Assembly (NCBI GenBank): GCA_045837725.1
Contig: JBEWZL010000175.1
Span: 1 to 64,000 of the forward strand
Origin: Vermamoeba vermiformis
Lineage: Eukaryota
Length of the DNA stretch: 64,000 nt
Reading direction: 5' to 3'
Below the pieces are notes generated by a model that did not search any database, was not told where the DNA came from, and saw nothing but the letters and a program-made list of their open reading frames with translations. Every line of letters begins with the position of its first letter. Position 1 is the first letter of the stretch. Of the stretch, positions 11,087-23,905 are shown piece after piece. The position numbers and the translations under genes were made by a program.

Positions 11087-11370
11087 ATAGGATACTATTA
11101 TCTTTGGCAATTATATAGCTAGTTAAATCCTTAGGCTACTGGTCGTAGGGCAGTAGGAAGCCTGGATGAGACAGTTAATTACTTCTACCACTGTTTGCAT
11201 TCATGACTTACCTTAAATATAACCTGCAACCTTGTGGCTTGTAATGGGAACCATAAATAAGTTAACAAAGCTATGATTTTATTAAATTTAAGCTGACATG
11301 TCTTGACAGCTGTCATGGCGTTTTTTATTGCACCAAGTAGTATTGAATACCACCATTACTAACCACCACA

Positions 11371-13224
11371 ATGGAGCAGTCAATAGAAGCGATTTTGACA
11401 GGAAACAGTTCTAATATACTGCAATTACAAGTAGTGAAGATATATTCGCCATCTGTGAAAGACAATCAAAGCTTTTACAAGTAAGTTCCATTTTATACTA
11501 ATTATTAATACCTCAATAATTTCGAATGCATTGAAGCCATTTCCGATTTATTTGGAGAGGTTTTAGATCACATCCGAAATTACGCAAATCAAAAAACCCC
11601 ATCGAATTTTGTTTATTACAAACGGAGAAATAATTGCCGCAATTATTACTCAAAAATCGTTTTTTTTCTAATGCTATCAGCAATCTATATCACATCTGAT
11701 CCATCACTAATTTCGTGGATATTATCAGAATGACCCTTTCAGATGGTAAATACACTGTTTTAGCAGTGTTACACCACTCCTTGTCTTCATTGGTCAAGAA
11801 TTCCGTTATTAAAGAGGGTTCGATAGTGCGCGTCGCCGACTGGGCCATTGTACGAGTCGAATCAAGCAACAAGTACGTTATTACTATATCAATGCGGCAG
11901 TAATTAACCAGTTTGTTTTAATAGGAGAGTACTGCGAATCAATGCGAAAGTAACTGCCACTGGGCACGAGCGCATCAAAAATTACAAGGACCTAGTTGAA
12001 TGCCCAGCGGTTACTATTGTACGTGAACCTTTAATGGTGAGTGAAGAGGACGAGGGTGATATTGGCCCTGTTTACACTGGAGCTGAGACGATTCCAAGAC
12101 CTGAAGTGACTGCTGAAGAACACTGGGAACGTAAGTCGGTTGCCATTTTCTTGCTGTAATTAATCGTCGCACAGCATTTACATCAAATCACCTGCGCTTT
12201 GTTACTTCTGTGGGCAAGAACTACATGTACATCGAAGACTCTGCTCCACTGAAAAATGTGCATGCAAACTCTCCACCACGCAAATGTGACGTCTATGCTG
12301 CAGCGGTAATTAAGACAACTCAAACAAATGACTACTGTCGAGGCTACACCCTTAGCTTTGACGATAAAGAGGCAGTCATTGTTGCTGTGGTAATTCTGAC
12401 TACTGGTTCGGCCATCAAATTGGCAGTGCTAGACATCACTTCTGGCCAAATATCTTTTCGTGCTCCAGTTCCTGGCGAAGTTGTCCGCAAAGAGTACCGC
12501 TTCTCATCCAGTATGGCTTCAGCTTGGCAGCAGCACATGAATTCAGCTAGTGCCAAACTCGCTGCAGCAAAAGAAAAACGAGCAAGCCGCACGCAAACAA
12601 ATAACAAAGCATTGCCCCGCAGATCTGCTCCGCAACACGAAACCAAAAGCAGTGAAAGCAGTGAAAGCAGTGATAGTGAAGTTGAGCTTATTACGAATTC
12701 AAAGAGGAAGGCCAGTGCTACTGCTGAACCTCCCGCAAAGCGGCAAAAGGTCGACAAGCATAAGTATCAGTTATCCGACCACTTGATTCCTGACGAGGAG
12801 AATCAGTCTAATGGTGCGATGAATGCTTTGGCAGATGAAGTGCGGTCGCTAAAACAACTGTTGGATGCGGTCAACCGCCAGATAGCGGTGCAACGCCAGC
12901 AGTTGCAAGATTTCAAAGATGAAGTCGAGTGCAAGCAAGATCTGAACAAGAAGTTATGTTCCCAAGTGGCTTCAATGACTGAGGAGTTGTCTTCAATGAA
13001 AGCAGAGGTTGCAAAACTAACCTCGAAAGTTACTGTTAGTAATCAGTCTGAGAAGGTAACAACATGGATTTACCCCTCGAAGTGCTAATCTTTACCAGAT
13101 TGTTTACGTCCCTGCTCCTCGTCCTGTTGAAACTCGTTACATTCAAGTCCCGGAGTATTACCAGCCCGAACCAAGCATAATACGAACTCCAACCCGTTAC
13201 AGTCCCTACAGCCCATACCACTAG
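11371..13224 (+). CDS. Protein with an N-terminal RPA70N-like OB fold, a low-complexity linker and a coiled coil
   Basis: Spliced N-terminus SIEAIL...LQLQVVKI...YKMTLSDGKYTVLAVL...LVKNSVIKEGSIVRVADW...RVLRI matches the RPA1 N-terminal domain pattern. No RPA DNA-binding OB folds are recognisable after it. The 3' end is uncertain (up to ~13419). Confidence 0.65.
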
Positions 13225-14232
13225 GTTGCATGACCAGTCGGTCAACAAAAATTTCAATAAAAAAAGCAATTTTTATTTTTTATCAAATACAACTTTAAGA
13301 AAAAAAAGAGCAACAAGAAGAGGCACGTTAGTGAAGAAGAGTCCGAGTCAACATCGGAATTGGAGATCTCTTCAGATTCGGATGAGCAACCTCGACTGGT
13401 GCTATCCAAGAAAAAATAGAGGCCTTATAAGTTGTATAAGATTTATTATTAAGTAAAACGAATATTATTACCCACAAAAACGCTCTTATTGTAAGCTATC
13501 CTATCGCTGGCAGCATTGCGGACCTTTATCCATTTTCACGGTTTGGATGGTATTTATTTCTGGCTGTGGTGCCTGTAGAATTTTTTCCAAACCAATTCAA
13601 TTCTATACTTCGGTGCTATTTCCCGACGGGCAAAAATAAATTTTTAACAGGTCCAGGGCCGTCCGTTTGCAATGACGACCATTTTTTATTTTCACTGAAA
13701 ACCGTTTGTATTTTGGCGGGCAAACAAGCCGCTATTAATTAAATTAAACAACGGCACAAGACCACGCCTCATTATTATTGTTACCACTGCGATTAAGTAA
13801 ACTGAGAATTGGATTTACGATGTTAATGGCACGTGGTTGGTAAGCGGACAGTTTCTTACCGTTGCTGCCGATCTCATCCGGATGAGCGAACGCAAGAAAA
13901 TCCTAACAAATTAATTCTGTGCATAATCAAATATTTGGCGATATTAATAATTAGAATTCTGGTGCATTTTAAAAATTAAATTATTAATATTATTTTCAAC
14001 CCAATATTTACACGTAATACTGTATGCAACGCAAAACGTAATTCAAAAAGAGCATTGAGATGTAGTGCACCGGACATATTGTAAACGGTTTTACGATTCA
14101 CACCGATAAATCAACGTGCGAATTTTCCTTCACGCGGAAGAGTTCGTGTGATAGATTACAATTACGCACACACACGGTGCACATAGTTTTGTCCAATATG
14201 TCATTATTCTTTATAATTTATTATACGCAACC

Positions 14233-15477
14233 ATGCAACCGCGATCCAAAAGGAAAATTATTGTACTTTTAGCGTTCTGCGCAGGAGTTCTAGTATTTCT
14301 GAACTCAATATTAACTTGGCACCTGCCTTCTGCCAGCCTCACAATTGGTAAAAGGAGCGTAAGTTTAATTAATCTCTTTAATTAATCAAAATTCACCGTG
14401 TAACCTCATTTTTTTCGAAGCGGGCTAATGTGCTCCTGGTTATCGCTGTTCCCTCGGTGGAAAATCATTTCGTAGAGCGCAACAGGCTGCGAAAATTGAC
14501 GAAACAATATCCTCAAGTGCTATGCCCGTTTTGTACGAACAAACGCGATGAAGATCCGCAGGTAAGATCGATCTACTTTTCGAACCAACGAATTTATCTC
14601 GGTTTATTCAGGTTCAACTTCTATTTTTCATCGGAAAAAGCGCACAAACGAACGAATTCGTGCACTTATCTGAAATCAAGCAAGAGGCGGAGCAGTACGA
14701 AGATCTCGTTTTGTTGAATATTACGGAGAATATGAACGAAGGCAAAACTTGGGAAGTGTTTAATTGGGTGCACTCGAATAGGAAAGCAGATTTTGTTATG
14801 AAGAGCGACGAAGATTCTTTTGTGAACATTCCGGCCTTGGTCGACCGCTTGCATCATTTTAAACGGACATTTCCAAAAGAATATGGTAAACATTGCAATT
14901 TATAACGAATTACGCATTACGCATTCTTACGTTTGACACAGGCAAGTTGTATTATGGATTTCCTTGGAACTACGATGACGTGCCTTTGACATCGCAGAGT
15001 GCCATAATGATCGGTATGGGCTACACCGTGGGTTGGGATTTGGTCGAACATTTTGCGACGGATCCAAACGTGCGACAAAACATCGTGGGATTTGAAGACG
15101 GTGTCACGCATCAATGGCTCATGAACCGCACTGACGTTCTGCGCATTGGAGATAGACTCAGATTTCACGATCCACCAGGCTTCAATGGGCCAGTCTCGTG
15201 GACTTACCGCTGCGATGACGTGGTCATTCATCGATTGAAAACAAACGAGCTGTGGAGCGAAGTGAGAGAATTTTATCGGAGTTGCTGCGGACCGATCTTC
15301 GATGGACCAAGAGGCGAGTGTCGCGGCAGTCCGAAGTCCAGCTCATGCTGCGGACCAAATCGTAGCACGTGTGACCGCACATGTAGCTTGACATTGCGTC
15401 CAGTGGAAATCATTGAACCATTCACAAATTATCTTGCGGATGAGGATCTGGACTACCTCGGTCCGTCTTCAAATTAA
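14233..15477 (+). CDS. GT31-family beta-1,3-galactosyltransferase-like type II membrane protein
   Basis: N-terminal TM anchor, then EAEQYEDLVLL, ENMNEGKT, FVMKSDEDSFVN (DxD), GMGY and FED motifs. Confidence 0.88.
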
Positions 15478-15536
15478 TGTAATATAATTCTGTAAATAAA
15501 CACTGTCGAACGTATTATAATTTAGCTATCTTACAT

Positions 15537-17638
15537 TTATTTCCGTGTGTCGCGGATCCATTCGTAGGCAAGTTCTACTGCACGATCCAAAGTATCAGCG
15601 TGTTTTGCGCGCAAGTTATCGCCATTGCAATCCGGAAGATACGACGCCATTGACGACCATATATTAGACAGCTTCTTGTAGGCATTATCGACGTATATTA
15701 CAGGCCTACCAATGAGAACTGACATGATGCTCGCGTGCAATCTGTCGGTCACGATAACACTTCCACGGCTGAGCAGTTTGTTGCCCATCGCCACTCGGAA
15801 TATCGGCAAAATATCCTTGGGAATGTCCTGTGCCGAAAGATTCGGATACAGCCGCCTGTAGTCGTACAGGGCGCTGTGGTTCTCTTGAATGCTCTTCTGG
15901 GTTGGATAGCCATCAACAGGGAAGTCCCAGATCTCGTACGACAGCTCCTTTTCGTTCGCAAAACTCTTAGCCTTGGTAATGTGCGTGTCATTGATGTTCT
16001 TCTCGGTATCTGAACGGAGCAAAAAGAGGATGTCGACTATTGGCGCATCAGCGGGAGCAATTGGACCAATCATGAAGGCCATGTCGGGAACGAAGACTGA
16101 TTCTGTGTTGGGGAATTTTTCACGTGCGTACTTTAGCGATGGAGTGTCGCGCAACAGGAGAGTTAATTTGCCGTGCTTTTCAAACGCAGCTCTATCTTGC
16201 AAAGCATATTTCTCCTCGCGGTAGCTGATTGATTGAGGCAAGAATATCACTCTGTTGCTCGTCTCATTCAATACTTTCAGTCGGAAGTCCGCATTTTCCC
16301 TCCACCAATCCCCGAAATTTCCACCGCCGTGCAGCAGCACGGAAACGTTCTTCGAATACTTGTAATCGATAATTAGTTACATTTGTTATGAGGAAGTGGT
16401 ACGTACGTTACGCAAAGTTTCCAATTCTCGCTGTTCAGGATCACGAGGAGTGACGACAGGGAGCGATTGCATACTCATGAATAAGTTGTCGCCGTGCCAT
16501 ATGAATGAGTCGCCAAGGTTCCAATGTAGCGGCACATCCATCAAGCTCAAGGCCTCTGAGCCTGCGATCAGCTTGGACAAGCGTTCATTGATCATCTTGC
16601 GTGCCTTGAAAAGACATTGTAATCGCTGAGCGTCCTTTTCTTGAGCAATCGGTATCAAAGACGCGTTGTATGGCACGTTGTAATTCGAGTCTATCGACGA
16701 TACGTTGAGTTGCACAGGACCTAGCGTTGATTTGGAAGCCACGGCTGTGATTCCATGAGCGTAGACAAGAAACGCAGTGCACACTACAATGAGAGCTAGT
16801 GCATTCAAAGTTTGACTGTAGTGGTTCGCGTCGACGTTCAAAGTTTGTGGCGAATCTTCTGGCGATGCCTTGATACGTCGCAAGAGGAAGTACCCAATGA
16901 CCACCAAAGCTAACGCTACCACCGTCAGCAGGTCTACTGGGATATGGACCATTGCGACAACTGCAATAGCTGCGAGACAAATTACTTCGTAGAATTTGTC
17001 AGACATGCGCTTATGAAGAGCATAGCCTCCCCCAACCGCTAACATCGCCCATGATTGTGTAGACCAGTTGAAATTCAACTCGGCAATCGCTAATGGGAGT
17101 GCGAGGACTGACAACAATGCATTGGAATAAAATTGAGTGTATGTCGCTACATTTTCTTCCAGAGTTTGTTCTTTTACATGTGCCAAGTAGTTATAAGCGC
17201 ATCCAAGTAATAAAGTCAAGCCGTCGATACGCTATTGAAGTAACAGTGCTATTAAGGGCATAACATATATTGCACTATTAAGTTTCGATAGTCGCTGTTC
17301 AAATAATCCAAAAAGCACTTGGCTAGCGATCTGGGATAGAGATGAGATCGATTTTCGCATTTATTTATTGTTTTACCTGCGATATGAAAAAGCCATGCAA
17401 AGATGAGTATTGAAGAGCCATGAAAAAAGCAATAGTTGTTGAAATATTGAGAAGCACATCCCTTTTCTTGAGTGCCACGATCTGGACTCCACAATGTTTT
17501 GCCGAGCGTTAGACCAGAAAAAACTGCTGAAATAATAGCGCTTATCCATATTACAACATTTACAACATTATCTTTCGCTAGTTGCGTAGAAAACAATAAA
17601 ATGCACTGGACGTACAATAAATATGACAAGCCAGTCAT
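15537..17638 (-). CDS. Polysaccharide pyruvyltransferase (Pvg1-like) preceded by a multi-TM nucleotide-sugar-transporter-like region
   Basis: NLGD, HGGGNFGD, PQSI, LRD, PDMAF and TDRLHA motifs. The N-terminal hydrophobic region has ALQY and FYSNALLS motifs, one frameshift (~17500) and one in-frame TAG (17232-17234). Confidence 0.85.
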
Positions 17639-17892
17639 GGTTGGTGCTCAATTCGCCATCGTAAATTACAAAATCCTAGTGTACAACTCATACTGGTATT
17701 CCTGTGCATTGCGTTTCGTAAAAATAAATTACGAGATCTCCAACAGATCCGCATCGGCTCACAATTTGTCGTTGGTTGACAGTGCCGATAAGTTGCACCG
17801 AGAGTGCTACGACATAGAGGGTCAATTCAAAGAACGGCGACAGAGTTGGTAAAAATAAAATTTTATTGTTTGCGGGTACAGCTTTTTCGTGA

Positions 17893-20800
17893 TTATTTTC
17901 TCTTGTCTCGGTTAATCAATAACATTAACAAATATGAAAAGACTCTGAATGTCACTGCTATAAAGGCTATAAAGATGTGATCCCATTGGATCTGTTCTTG
18001 TGTCAATACGTAATCCAAAGCCTCAACTCCCTTTTCCACTTTGAAAATATCTTTCCACTCCCATAATTCTGAAATTTAAATTAATTAACGTTGAACTCTC
18101 GCGTAACTTATATTCGATAACATACCTCGCAGGTACAACAGCTCATTCGCCCAGCGTAAAAACGACAAATTCGGCATGAACTTCAACACGACGTTCATTT
18201 TGGCGAATTCTTTCAATCCGGGACGCAAACCTATTCACAAATATTAGTGAATGACTTTTTACAATAATACGAATGCATACCAGAGAAGACCATGCAGATC
18301 AAAATAGCTACGACGGATGCGACTTGCGCGATACTCGGGCGAACAATAATCGATACAAAATAGCCAATCGAGTAAGAGCAATAGCACGTCAAGAAAAAGC
18401 CGAGGTACAGGTCAAAGAAGCCCGCGCGAGGAGTGAGCAGCGTGTAGATGATGCCCGTGAAGAAGAGTGGCATGAGCAGCAGTACGGGCATTTGAGCCAA
18501 ATCTTTGCCGAGGAAATAAGCCAAAGATGATGCACCCGAGGCATTCTCACGGTAGAAGATGAGCTTTTCTGGACCGAAGACTTTCAACGCACTAGCTGCG
18601 GATGTGAGCGCGAGCACCAACGCTGCGAGACCGTAGATTTGCGCTATTAAATTAACGATCGTAAGCACAGAAGTGTATTACGACAATACGAACAACTTAC
18701 GATAGGGATCATCGAGGGGCAAATCGCACGTGTCTTTAAGCACATCGATCTTCAAGTCACGACAGGCAATCTCGGGCAAAGGTCCATTGTAGGTCTTGTT
18801 CATGAACACAGCACCCAACAACGAGCCTGACAAGAAGAGCAAAAAGAAATCGATCAAAATAGCTCTGATGTCACGCATTTGTTGGATGAAACTGCGACCG
18901 GCAAATCGAGCGAATTGAGACACAAAGCCAGCCGTGCGACGCTTCAAGTACTTCTCTTTCACTGGCGCGGATTGAGGCAGCAATGGCTTTTGATCATCTT
19001 CACCATCGTCATTCTCAATTATGATACCATTGCCGTGACCATTTTCGACTATAGGAAAAGATTGTTACTACATGCCCAAACAATTAAATCGTTGTTATTC
19101 GTACCGTGACCGTTTTGATACTCGCGCTTGTGAGTCTCCCAAAGTCGAGGCAAATCATCCGTAGTGAATTCAGGGTGGCCTTCACGAGGCTTAAGGCCGG
19201 AAATGACGTCCATGAAGAAGTCAGCAGGGTTGGAGTGAGCAGGGCAGTGGAAGCCGAGTTGTTCGAAGTAGGCCAAGGCAGACTCACTAGGACCAGAGAA
19301 GACGACTTTGCCGCCCTTGCCCATGAGCATGACATCGTGGAACATTTGGAAAATCTCGTAGCGAGGTTGATGGATAACGGCAATGACCGTCATACCCTTT
19401 TCAGTGACACGACGCAACGACTCACAAACTTCTTTGGCAGTACTGGCGTCGAGACCACTCGTAGGCTCGTCCAAGAACAGCACCGTAGGATCAGCGACCA
19501 ATTCCATACCAATGTTGACACGTTTTCTTTGACCGCCAGAAATACCACGTTCGTTCTCATCACCAACAACCGAGTGACGCACATCTAACGATTGAAATTA
19601 GTCTCTAGCCGACAAAGTTAACCTAACAAATTGAGCGTACCGTAAAGACCGAGCAAGTCAATGACACGGTTGACAGTGCGACGCTTTTGCCTGCTTGAGA
19701 ATTCTTTGGGCAAACGCAAGTTGGCATAGAACGACAAAGTTTCTATAAGCACATTAGCTCATGTCGAATACTGAGACGAGTTACGTACCTTTGACAGTCA
19801 AAGTGCGCAACATGATATCATCCTGCGGCACGAAACCAGTGATCTTTCTCAAGCTCTCAATGTTCGATGGAGCACCGTTGATCAGAATTTCACCCGTCAA
19901 ATTGCCGTGGTACATCTTGCCAGCCAATGTCGTGATGAAGGTTGTCTTACCAGAGCCAGAGGGACCCATGACAGCTGTGAGGGATTAGATTAGTCGCAAG
20001 GTACGACAGTACTTAGTTAGAGTTGGTGTTTTACCTGTCAATCGACCGTGCTTAATTTCACCGGTGACACCTTCGAGAATTTTCAACTTGTTCTTGCCAG
20101 ATTCAATTTCCAAACCAAGTTCGTTGAATTTAAAGTCGACATAGAAGGGCTTCATGCCACCCAAGTACTCGATGCGGTTCTTTGAGATAGCAGCGCCATT
20201 GATCGAGTCCAAACCGCCGTTCGAGTCGATGCTTTCAGGGCTCTTAGCAGCCAAGGCAGCCAAACGGATCTGTTCGCGGATCTTGCGGTTTTTGTCTTGC
20301 ACGTGTTGGAAGATCTTTAGGGCTGAGACCAAAACAACGATTGCTAACAACGTGAACACAACAATGCCAAAATCAAGCGAGGGTTCCCCGGTGCCTTCGG
20401 GACAGTAGGTAAAGATCGAACACGCTGCACATGATTAGATGGATCCGCACTGATATATTATGGACAAAACTTACACTTTGGTGACACGCTTCCCACGTTA
20501 CAGAAGTGACCGCTAGGGCAGACTTTCTTTTGGGCAGGGTCGGGACAGTAATTGCCGGCAGGACAAGGCTTGGCTTCGACAGTACCAGGTGGACAGTATT
20601 GAGCTATTTACACGTTAATTAGGCTCTAGGTAGTAATTGATTCAACTTACTATTATAACAGGCTGTAATGTTTTTCGGGCCGTCGCAGTAATGTCCAGCA
20701 GGGCACGGTTGATCGAAAGTAGTACCTTCAGGACAGTATGAGCAAGAGCTAAAGTTCTTGGCGTCACATGAACAAGCCTTCGGGAACTCAACTGAAGGTT

Positions 20801-23367
20801 CGGTACAATAAGCTCCTGCAGGGCACTTTCTGTCTTCACCATCGTAACGGCCAAGATTGCAGTACTCTCCCCACGTACAGTTCATGAAAGTAGCACGGGA
20901 GATGCTACAACAAAGCGTTAGCAAGCAGCGATTGTACACTAATGACAGTCTTACTTGTTTCGCTCAACAACGTAATAGCCGGGAGGACTCGGAATGGGTG
21001 GCAAGTACGGAGCAACGCACACCATGCCGTCTGGACATTTCTTCGGCGCGGACTAAATGTCGCGTTAGAACGTCATGCAGACAGACAAAGTGGCTTTAAC
21101 TTACCAGTCCCTCATCAAAACACGTCGTGTTCAGGTTTTCAGAGTACGGGCAAGTGATGGGCTCGCTCGAATTGTAAGGGCAGTAAAATCCGTACGGACA
21201 CTTGCTCGGACCAAGCTTGTTACAATAATAGCCTGCTGGACATATTTCCTACGGGCTGATTAGCAACAGTTAGGCACTTCTAAGTTGTGCTTACCAACTG
21301 ATAAGAATTGAAAACATATTGGCCGGGAATTAGCGGAGGCTGATCATTGGTGAAGAATGAAGGACAGAATAGCCTTTGATAAGTAATTAGTTATGATTAG
21401 TTGTATGGCTTAAGAAGTTGCAATACTTACACTCCAGGACAAATACCAATGTATTGCACAAAGTCAACTAAAGAAGGCATACGATAGTTGGAGTCGTTAC
21501 AGTTCTTGTCAAGAGTGTGGAAGCTCGAGTCTGCAGAGTTGTAAAGCTCACGATCTTTCCACGTGATGTTTTTCAAGTCCTCGCAAGTGTGGTAGTATCG
21601 GATTGCTGAGAGTAACTCCCAAAGCGGCTTTTCCATTCCTATAAACATGTATGCACCGTTATATGTCAAACCAATGAGCGAAGGCTTCGTCATGAACGTG
21701 TGATTGCTCATGTAGTCCAAGCCAAATGAGAAGTAATCAGTCTCTGCTGAGACAGCGTAGATGTACACTGTGCGGTCTTTCACCACGAAGATGGCCTTGT
21801 ACGGTGTGGTCGTTGATTCTATGCCACCGTAGAATGTACCAAAAGAGGGTACATTGCGGAAGAACACGTATTCAGGCTAGGGGAGGTGTGGTCAGCTAGC
21901 TGAGGTTGCCACAATAAGTTCAGTCATGACTTACATCGTACGCTGAAATGTTCAAAGGCAACATGAAGACAGACGTGTTCATACATTGGCCTACTCCAGG
22001 GTCGTTGTAAAAACCGAACTGACAAGCGCTCGGTACTGGTTGATTAGCAGGGTTATGTGTCGTCCAATTGGCGTTACCAATAACGAATTGCATCATCAAC
22101 ATGCCGTTCAAGTACTCTATTTCGTCATTCTTCTCGTGCGTCAATACCCACACAGCCTACAGTAGCCCGCAGATCAGTAACTTGCAAGTACGATCTTGAA
22201 CAAACTTACACTGGCGGGAGCCGCAAAGCCTGATGCCAAAGTACGATAAGAGGTCTCCGAATAGATTGACGCGTGCTTGATGGTTGCGTTCGAGTAGTAG
22301 AAAAATGAGGGTGAATTAACGTCACCAAATGGTAATGAACTGTCTGATGGTCATACGTTAGCTATAAGGGCAATATTATGCTACAAAACCCACCATCAGG
22401 GTCCTCCGGGTCAACGGCAAAAATGTGCACGACGGTATCGTTGGCGAGCATCAACAAGATTCGAGTATTGGGGAATGCATACGCTGACTGTGGATCTTGA
22501 TAGTAGAACTCGTTAAGCTCCATTTGCAGAGCTCCAGTAGGTGAAGCTGAGTTCACAGTCCAAGTCATATAATCGGGCATAAACACGCCGACTCTTGACA
22601 CGAAGTAAGTGAACTTCAAGACGTATTGCTGCGTCGTTTTGTGGCGCCAAAGCATCGTCATCAAATACGGCGCATCTTCAATCGGAATGTTGCCTTGTGC
22701 ATATTCACCAGCCCACACATAATCTGCATCCTCGATGGAATAATCTGTCCAATTGTACACGTGCTTGAGCTCCATTTTCAAATCCATATCAAACGTCACT
22801 AACATCACCGTCGAACTGGACGTCGAACCAATCAAAACGTGTGCATACGAGCCAATCATAAAGCTGCGCACGAAATTCATGTTCTTCATTGGCACGGGAG
22901 GTTTGTGCACAGTAAACTTGTGAACTGTTAGTTGCGTCCTTCAAATTTTATGTAGGTATTACTTACGTTGCCGGTCTGATTGTTAAGCACGACAATGTGA
23001 TCGTTGGTAGTTGTGTACAACAGACCAGTAGGACCAACAGTCGTCTCAACAAAACCGAAAGCATTGATCATAGTGCACGTAGAAGTGAGCCCTTCATTGC
23101 TGCTGCACGTGTAATTTCGATAATCGATAGTGTAATTGAAAACTCCATATCCCGGGTATTTATAAGTATTTGTGTAACGACACCTACAAAAATAGGAATT
23201 AGATCAGACATTGTTTGGTCGTAAAAAGCGTTGAAAGGATCTTACCAAGTAGGATATGGCACTTTATTAGTAGACGTTGGATAGCAAAGTTCAGGCTGTT
23301 GCGCTGAAGCTTTTTCAGTGAAGAAAAACCAACACACGAGGCAGATCAGAACAGTTTTGGCGATCAT
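17893..23367 (-). CDS. ABCG half-transporter with a very large N-terminal extracellular, partly Cys-rich domain
   Basis: Signal peptide at 23367, CPAGxYC repeats, a TM helix, Walker A GPSGSGKT, ISGGQRKR signature, LFLDEPTSGLD, and a C-terminal ABC2 membrane domain. Confidence 0.93.
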
Positions 23368-23905
23368 TCGTCTATTTATACGATTAAATTAATATTTGGA
23401 ACGATTAATATCATTCTCGCTAGATCGACAATTGATTTTTCTGGATCGCTTGATCAAAAGCATAAAAGAAAATGCTTCGCTAATCATTTCATAAATTTAT
23501 TATAAAGTCTATATTGGGTGGCTACTGTACGATTTTTGAGCAATTTGTAAAGGTTCAGCACCAAATCCGAAAGATCGAAAACGTATCTGCGTCTGAAAAA
23601 GATCCTTCGCAAGTTTTTAATAATTATAAAATTCAGAAATGCATGTATATTAAATTGCAAGCCTATTTGTTCTGAACTTACCTAGATCTTAATACATCCG
23701 CAGGTCAGAATTGGTTCCTTCCTTCCTATAAGCCGTTGCTATAGGTTATTTGACTAGAACTCCTCGTGTTATCTACAATGAGGTGCAAGAACAATGGACC
23801 AGGTACTTCCCGAGCGGCTAAGATTTCGTGTTTGGAAATATCAGTCGATCTTTCCAACCTGGAACGACTAACAGCTTTGTTTGGCTTTATTACCACCAAC
23901 CGAAT

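Larger units (their letters stand above)
1..13450. mobile_element. Putative large multi-gene DNA transposon or nest of elements; boundaries unresolved
   Basis: Contains a DDD transposase, orphan and captured-domain genes, five kinds of tandem repeat, and CCCTG-ending candidate termini at 4254 and 7804. Parts are CpG-poor relative to downstream host genes. No TIR pair or TSD was found. Confidence 0.45.

Noticed and set aside
11371-13224. Helitron, suggested by the RPA-like gene
   Set aside because: No Rep/helicase ORF and no convincing hairpin-CTRR end. The neighbouring enzyme is a DDD transposase.
6318-13730. Possible terminal inverted repeat pair (GTCCTGCCAAAA at ~6318 versus TTTTGGCGGGC at ~13710) and CAGGGCCGTCC at ~13655
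   Set aside because: The matches are short and imperfect, and no target-site duplication was seen.
17232-17234. Alternative genetic code (stop reassignment), suggested by in-frame stops
   Set aside because: TAA, TAG and TGA each appear to end genes in the window, and long exons contain no in-frame stops.
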